Assembly (NCBI GenBank): GCA_010405405.1
Contig: MU004230.1
Location: forward strand, 1,460,627 to 1,524,626
Origin: Microthyrium microscopicum
Lineage: Eukaryota
Direction: 5' to 3'
Length of the DNA: 64,000 nucleotides
Position 1 is the stretch's first letter. Every line of letters begins with the position of its first letter. Below are positions 57,729-64,000 of the stretch, one piece after another. The notes under the pieces were generated by a model. It saw only the letters and a list, made by a program, of their open reading frames with translations. It was not told where the DNA came from and did not search any database. A program made the translations under genes and the position numbers.

Positions 57729-59518
57729 ATGGGAAAACACAATCCGGATATGAAGAAAAAGGTGCTCGTTGTAGGAGCTGGGGCGGCTGGTAAGTGAAAG
57801 GCTTAATAAGAATCTGAGAAATTCAAACTAACAGATACGAGGGATGTCTTGTGCACAGCAACTTGCTGAGCATCCAGACAAATTCGAGGTCACTCTTGTG
57901 GAGGCTGTCGGCTATTGTGGCGGACAAGCCTTCTCTATTGACATAGATGAGAAGAAATTCGGAGCCAAATGGCTCAATCAGGGCGTTCAAGGAGGAAGTT
58001 TCATCTATCATCACACTATGAGGATGTTTGAAAGAGTAGGCTTTAAAGCAGATCCAGTCAAGCTCCAAGTTGCTTTTGGCAAAGACGACACATTCTGGAC
58101 AAATGTATACCCAACCAAGCTTTTGGCAGACAACGAGGAGAATATTCGCACTTTCAAAAAGATGTTGACCATCGTACACTGGCTGGAACCTCTCCTCGGA
58201 CTCTTGCCTATCAAGCACCTGGCCAAGCTTTTTTGGCTACCAACTTCTTTCACAAATTTCATCCTTTTACCCATGGTCGCTCTATTCTTGGGAACTGGAA
58301 ACTACACTCCAGAGGTTCCAAGCATTATTTTGGAACGACTCTGTACTAGTCCAACCTATGGTATGTGGTACCCCCCGGACAAAGTCAGCGTTGCTTCAAA
58401 TCTACCGCCCATGATAGTCTTCCCAAACTTGACCGAGTTCTATGGAGCTTGGCAAAAGAAACTGGAGAAAATGGGTGTGAAGATACGGCTGAATACGGAA
58501 GTCACCGAAGTGGTGTCGAGAGACAAACGAGGTGTTGTTGTCAAAATCAAAGGCAAAAACTATGATCAAAATGGCGGCAGTGACGGCGAAGACGCTGAAG
58601 GGGAGTCTAACAATTACGACTCACCAGCGAAGTTTGAGTCATATGATGAGATTGTGCTATGCGTTCTGTGAGTAATGCCAACCAGGCGAATGAGATAGAA
58701 GCTAATAAAATAACAGTGCAGATACGGCAAAACGTATACTGGCCAAATCAGCTTCATTCACAGAGAAGAGAATTCTTGGATCTTGCAAATTCTCAAACGA
58801 CATCACAGTTACACATTGTGATACAGAGTACATCAAACGCTATTACGAACATGCCTTCAACGAAGAGCAAGCTGTATCAACCCTTGGTGGCACCGATCAA
58901 TCTGATAGGGTCAAATTTGCTCAAGAGAACTTCAAACCGATGTACCTAGTTCGCACAAACGAGGAGGAAGCTAGCAAACTCGACCTATGCTTCGACTGTT
59001 CCAACTACCAAGGCCAGTTCCCGCCTGACCTACCATTCGAGCAGCACATTTTCCAAACAATCTTCTTGAATCGAGAACGCGATAGCTACTTGTGGACGAT
59101 CGATGAGATTGACCAAGACAAGATCATTCAAAAGAATTGGTGGCATCAGCTGTGCCATTCATGGACTCATTATGCTCTCGTTGTGCCATGGCTATGGCTC
59201 ATTCAAGGTAGGCGGAGGACGAGATTTGCTGCTAGTTGGACGCTCGTCAATGCGCATGAGGTCGCTTGTATCTCGGGTATCTCTGCTGCAGTCAATCTAG
59301 GTGCTGAATATCCCAGGGAGCTTGAGAGGGATAAGTTCGCCTTTTTGGCTTTTCGATTATACTATCTGTTTCAATATCGAAGCTGGTACTCCCGGAGACT
59401 TGAGAAGGGCGATGAAGGTGAAGGGCATGACTGGGCCACTGGATATAATGGCAGTGTCTATCAGGGCCCTGGAGTTTCTAAAGAGGAAAGAAGCATGTGG
59501 AAGGAGGAGCAGGCATAA
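57729..59518 (+). CDS. FAD-dependent oxidoreductase (flavin amine-oxidase-like Rossmann protein), substrate unknown
   Basis: Exons 57729-57789, 57842-58667, 58717-59518. Dinucleotide-binding VLVVGAGAAGMSCA...VTLVE...CGGQA; C-terminal FAASWTLVNAHEVACISG. Confidence 0.8.
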
Positions 59519-60261
59519 TACGATGACGATTCTTGGTATGAGAATGTAAATAAGTCAATTTTGGTTTTCAGTACCGTTCTTTCACCCCATATTCTTACTG
59601 GTCATGCGAATTGTCCACAATGACTTTTCACTTCCATCAACTTGGCTGTTGTAATGGCCCGGGGAAAATCAGGTTTTGGAAGAACTTATCATGGTGGCAA
59701 CTTTCATCATAAACCGCAGCAGAGTACAGATGCGGTACAGTTGATCCGAAGCAGGTGAGTTCCAGCTCTTTTCGCGCAGTCACGATTTATTTCTGTCCAG
59801 CAAAATCGTCTGAATAGCGTCAAAGGCAATCACAGCCTTGCGCTAGTAGTTAGCGGCCGACGTTACGCGGGCCGTTCCTGAGTCCACAGACTAGCGCGTT
59901 CAGGGGTCTGGAAACCCCAAGAGACAGCGATCAACTCGTGCTACTCAACTGTTAATACATCCGGTCCCTGCTCAATCCAACGCATTACCGGTATCTTACT
60001 CCACTTCATCTGCTCCCTTTACTTTGCCATCCCTTGTATCCTTTAGCAGAAACATCGGCGGTCAGCCTCTGTTGTTCGACTATCCTTTGGCGTCGCCTCA
60101 TCTCTCGAACACGTTCGATATCCTGGATTTCTATAGTAGATCCGATGCCATTGGCCCGAACCTTCCGTACAGTAGGTATCATGAATGCTGGTCAATACGA
60201 TTTCGTTCCTTAGAGGAACCTGATTGCGACCTGACGAACAGAGCTATCTACCTAGCCCAGC

Positions 60262-60930
60262 ATGTCTTTCTCAACATTGTATGCATCGATTGCCGCCTAC
60301 GTCGAAGTTCGGTTCAACCTATGATTCAGTGTCATTCTCATCGCGGTCTATGGTTGTGCTATTCGAAATCGAAGCCTGTTGTTGTTCGTGGTTCTTGGAG
60401 CCAGCGCGACTATCATCATCTTCGACAAGACGTCTACTGCTGGCGAAATGACAAAAATCATGTGTGAGCTGCCCCTCGGCTTGGGCTCAGTACTGGCCTT
60501 CCTCCTTGCGAATAGGTCTTTCCAGACTAGGCATCTTTCTACCTTTACGGCCTACGTCAATTTTGCTGTGTATGGCAATATTCGCATGATGGCTTTGACT
60601 CCAGCAGGCGACACAGTTCGTGGCATGTGTAGCAAGGTTACCTGTGCTGCACTGTTTATTTGGATCGTTCAGCAGGGGTATGGAGTTAGATGAAAGACTG
60701 TCATGGTTCGAGATGGCTTGTTTGTGTTCACTGCTGTCAGCAAATCCTGGATCTTTGCACACGCGATTTACAGATTCGTTCTGTTGACATTACCATGCTT
60801 TGGATCCGGACACAGACATCGACTTCTAGAGTTGTATTCTTTGACTCTGACTTATGCTCTGTCAGCGACTTCAAGCCTTCCATTCCAGTGTTGTTTTACC
60901 TTCATATCATGGAGGCCGTATAGTAAGTAG
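60262..60930 (+). pseudogene. Probable pseudogene of a multi-pass membrane protein with two in-frame TGA stops
   Basis: One reading frame from ATG 60262 to TAG 60930 with several hydrophobic segments, interrupted by TGA at 60322-60324 and 60691-60693. Confidence 0.6.
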
Positions 60931-61437
60931 GTGATTATTACTGTTACGCGATAAAGCTGAGCCAATGCTTACTTTTGCAAGCCATAGGATATCAACAACG
61001 TTCAAGTCCAAGTCCAGATGTTCCGAAGTATTTTACCTTCTTTCTTGAGATTATACCCCTGAAGTCAGGTTTGGGATATTTATTGATTTCGCTAGGTTCA
61101 TGCAAGTCTTCCTGGCTCAGATCTCCCGAATCCAGTAATCTATTGTTTCTGGGCATTGATATGCTACCTTAAAATATAGCGACATGCCTATGATAGGGGT
61201 TTTACGCAGTATTCTTCATCCTCTGCTATCAAACCAATATGAGATACGACTAGGTAATCGTCCTCGGGGCTCTTCTGGAGCACCATCCATCTGAATTCCT
61301 AGTAGCGATCAGTGATCTAAAACCAAGTTGTAGATAAGTAAGCTCAATAAGCCTTCTTAGGTACCTACATCACCACTGTACAAGCACTAATGACAGCTCT
61401 TTCTGTCTCTTACAATCACTGCTCAATCGCTAGGAAC

Positions 61438-62192
61438 ATGTCTCCATTATTGTCTGCCTTTTGCCTAGCTTTACTTGGAATTGTCGCGAGCACGTCTGCT
61501 TGTCAGTTTCCTGATACACCTCTTTCCAGCAACATCACAGATGGCTTCAGTATTTACGTCCAGAACGCGTCGATTCCCGTCATTCATAACCGGGTCCTGA
61601 ACTTCCGACCAAATGGACTGGATATGCATTTGGTCTTGAGGCCAGCAGGCGAACCAACCAATGACACATTGTATCTACAAAATGGTCGAGTTATATACAA
61701 CACTTTACACGCTGTGATAGATCTCGAGGTACAACACCATCATCTTCACAGAATAGTGTTAAGCATAAGAAGAAAGCGAAGTGGCGGCTAACTGCTTCAT
61801 AGTACGACCCTGACAATAGCACTACCAAGATATTCATGACAGATCGTACCTATCATCCAGTTGGCATATTTCAACCTGTTTATGGCTGCAACCCCGAGAC
61901 TGATGCGCTCCAAATCGAGTTGGAAGTGGCAACCCGCTTGACTGATCCACCGGTGAATGGCGGGAAGGTCGGCATAAGACGTGTGGTAGACACGTATGAG
62001 TTCCGATATTCTCCACCGGACAATTCATGTAAGTCCACTTCCATGCCCGGTTGAGAAGCCTCTACGGCTACGTACCAGTGCTACTTTGAGCATGAAGTCG
62101 AGCCCGTCATATACAGAGTCTAAAATGGATATCAACTAGTACTCACCCCCGAATGGCTATCCGTTACCCTGGTACTGTTCCGCAACGGCTAG
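61438..62192 (+). CDS. Secreted fungal protein of unknown function (about 190 aa, 3 exons)
   Basis: Signal peptide MSPLLSAFCLALLGIVASTSA. Introns 61729-61802 and 62029-62139 keep the frame. Several N-glycosylation sequons (NIT, NAS, NDT, NST). Confidence 0.72.
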
Positions 62193-62559
62193 AGCCCGAT
62201 GCCACCGACTTCAAGTACGGCTCATCAAAGCATCTCCAATGTCAAATCACCGGCCTCGAAACCGCCTATGGCTTTTACTTCATAGCTGCTCAACTGGTAG
62301 ACCTCAATATAAAAGAGGACAAAGACAGGATGACGCCGCAGGAACTTGGAAGGAATATATCACTATTATTAGTGTCTGAATGTATTGTCTCGAGTCACTT
62401 TTCGCAAATATACTCCTTTTAATTCATAATTCGATTTAAACGACTGAACAACTGCTTCGCTCTTCATTTCAATGCGATTGAATAGCGCTAAAGTTACTGT
62501 TGATCCCTAAGAGAGCTCTTTTCCGCAGTATTGACAACTGCCACGACCTTCCTCGTCGC

Positions 62560-63969
62560 TTTCGGGCTTTATTGGCACGTCTTTTCATGTTCAAGAACAT
62601 AGCTCGTCGCAAATTCTCTTTCGCAGTGTCGACACTTGATATTGCCTAGGTCGCCGTTAAGGATTTGCTGGTAGGTCCTCTCAAGGCAAGTTCTTCGAGG
62701 ACAAAACAAACTGAGCCATTCTGACGACTACTCCCTTCGAACACGATGGCTGCCATTGCACTTCTTAAAGAGCGACTGCTTTAATCCCCATCGTGTTCGA
62801 TAATCTGATGCAAGTTCTACGACGTTGATGGGAATTAAAGCAGTCGCTCTTTAAGAAGTGTAATGGCAGCCATCGTATTCGATGGGAATTCCATCCAAAA
62901 GGCTCAATTATTATTTTGTTCCTGGAGAGGCAAGATATGTGCCCATTTGAGTGCTCCTTTCCACAGTGTCGACAAAAATTCAACATTTTCATCACGTTTT
63001 GGGTTTCCTGGCAGATCCTCTCATGGTGACTTCGACTAGGTAGGTACGTATAGAATCGAACTTATTGTTGCAGAATATAGATATCAACTGTACGTCACCA
63101 TGTATACGACTATGATAGTCAAGGCCTTCTTGAGTCTTGCTTATCCAGTGGCATTGATCACGTTTGAAAGGCCTTGTAGTGCAGACCGGAAAATGACTTT
63201 GAGCCCTGAAGATTGTAGTAAAGGAGCGGCCACATCTATTAGGACAGAGAAATGCGCCGAGTCCTGGATGCTGGCGTGTAAAGTGGCGTTGCAGATGCTC
63301 TTGTGAATGCGCATATGCTCTACATAAACGACAAAGAAGGTGCTTGTCTGCCCGGAACTCATGGGACATCGCAATTGGAAGGGAGCGGTTCAATCCTCCA
63401 ACCTCGATTTCTGGCATGTCAAGGGGACGATTGCCCAGAGTAATCTTGCGCTGTCTGCGAAAGTTTTTGGAGCAAGTCTGGAAGCTTCGGAGGAGCACGA
63501 TAATTATGGCTTCGTAAAGTTCGAGCCAGTGTGGCTCGTCGTGGTGGAGATCTACCGCAATGATAGAGAATTGCGGATCAATGCCTGCTTTAGCGAACTC
63601 CTTGTGGCAGTGGAGTGTATCTAAGTGGCTTGGAGAACGTCGTTCTAGCTCTAGATTTGCCTTATGGTCCTCGTCGCGGTCTACTGAATTCCATGTAGAC
63701 CCCGTATAATTGAGGCCGTCGCGTTTTTGCGCAGATCTTCCATGGAGTCCGTAAATGCCTCTGAGTTCCAAGTCATCTGGTGGTGAGTCAAGGTATTCCT
63801 CAAAGTCCTCGTATGTGATAGGCCGGTCAGTTTCCTTTCTAAGGACTTCAATGAAGCAGCCAAGTCCCTCAACAGCCCAATCCGCAAATGTTGCTGCTGG
63901 CAGCGAGCGAAGGAGGGGATCGAAGCGGCGGTGGATTTGTCGTCCAAGTCGATCGTTTTGATCAAGATC
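62560..63969 (-). pseudogene. GIY-YIG nuclease-like domain followed by an array of C2H2/C2HC zinc fingers; 3' part decayed, 5' part beyond the window
   Basis: Exon appears to start after a GCTAAT branch and CAG acceptor at 63970 and is open to 62992. Contains GIY-x14-YTG-x7-R-x3-H, LYEA and GLN, then CRLC..H..H and CPNRC..H..C fingers. Further finger fragments in shifted frames (HHERICQ, CRHCGKEH, CRHCEREF..HEKTCQ*). Confidence 0.6.
62732..62887. repeat. 61-bp inverted repeat (arms 62732-62792 and 62827-62887) with a 34-nt spacer
   Basis: Manual alignment of the reverse complement of arm 1 to arm 2 gives 57/61 identities. Confidence 0.9.
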
Positions 63970-64000
63970 CTGGATCCATTAGCAAGAGTTTAACAAAGAG

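Noticed and set aside
1..64000. tRNA, rRNA and intact transposable elements
   Set aside because: No cloverleaf or rRNA signatures, and no transposase, RT or integrase motifs or LTR pairs seen by eye; tRNAscan-SE, Infernal and RepeatMasker would be needed to exclude them fully.

Overview
Nuclear DNA of a filamentous ascomycete (Pezizomycotina; Dothideomycetes is a guess). It has short spliceosomal introns with CTRAY branch sites and no prokaryotic features. The window holds about 23 genes or gene remnants. Conserved housekeeping genes are: an NBR1-like ZZ/FW autophagy receptor, a PhoD-like phosphatase, U2AF65, OGG1, thioredoxin reductase, ATG14-like, ERV46, RAX2, a LanC-like protein, a TamA/DAL81 transcription factor, an MFS transporter, SLA1, TPA1/OFD1 and an FAD oxidoreductase. 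Accessory patches lie between them. Most notable observations: (i) a probable CUG-initiated mitochondrial presequence on thioredoxin reductase; (ii) a 68-aa secreted cationic 6-Cys peptide gene, missed by the ORF track, divergent from a HET-domain gene; (iii) a decayed GIY-YIG-nuclease-like/zinc-finger gene at the right edge containing a 61-bp inverted duplication; (iv) non-canonical splice sites (GC donor in U2AF65, GAG acceptor in the FAD oxidoreductase); (v) a membrane-protein pseudogene with two in-frame TGA codons. Exon models were built by hand; no database searches were run, so family calls come from motif recognition.
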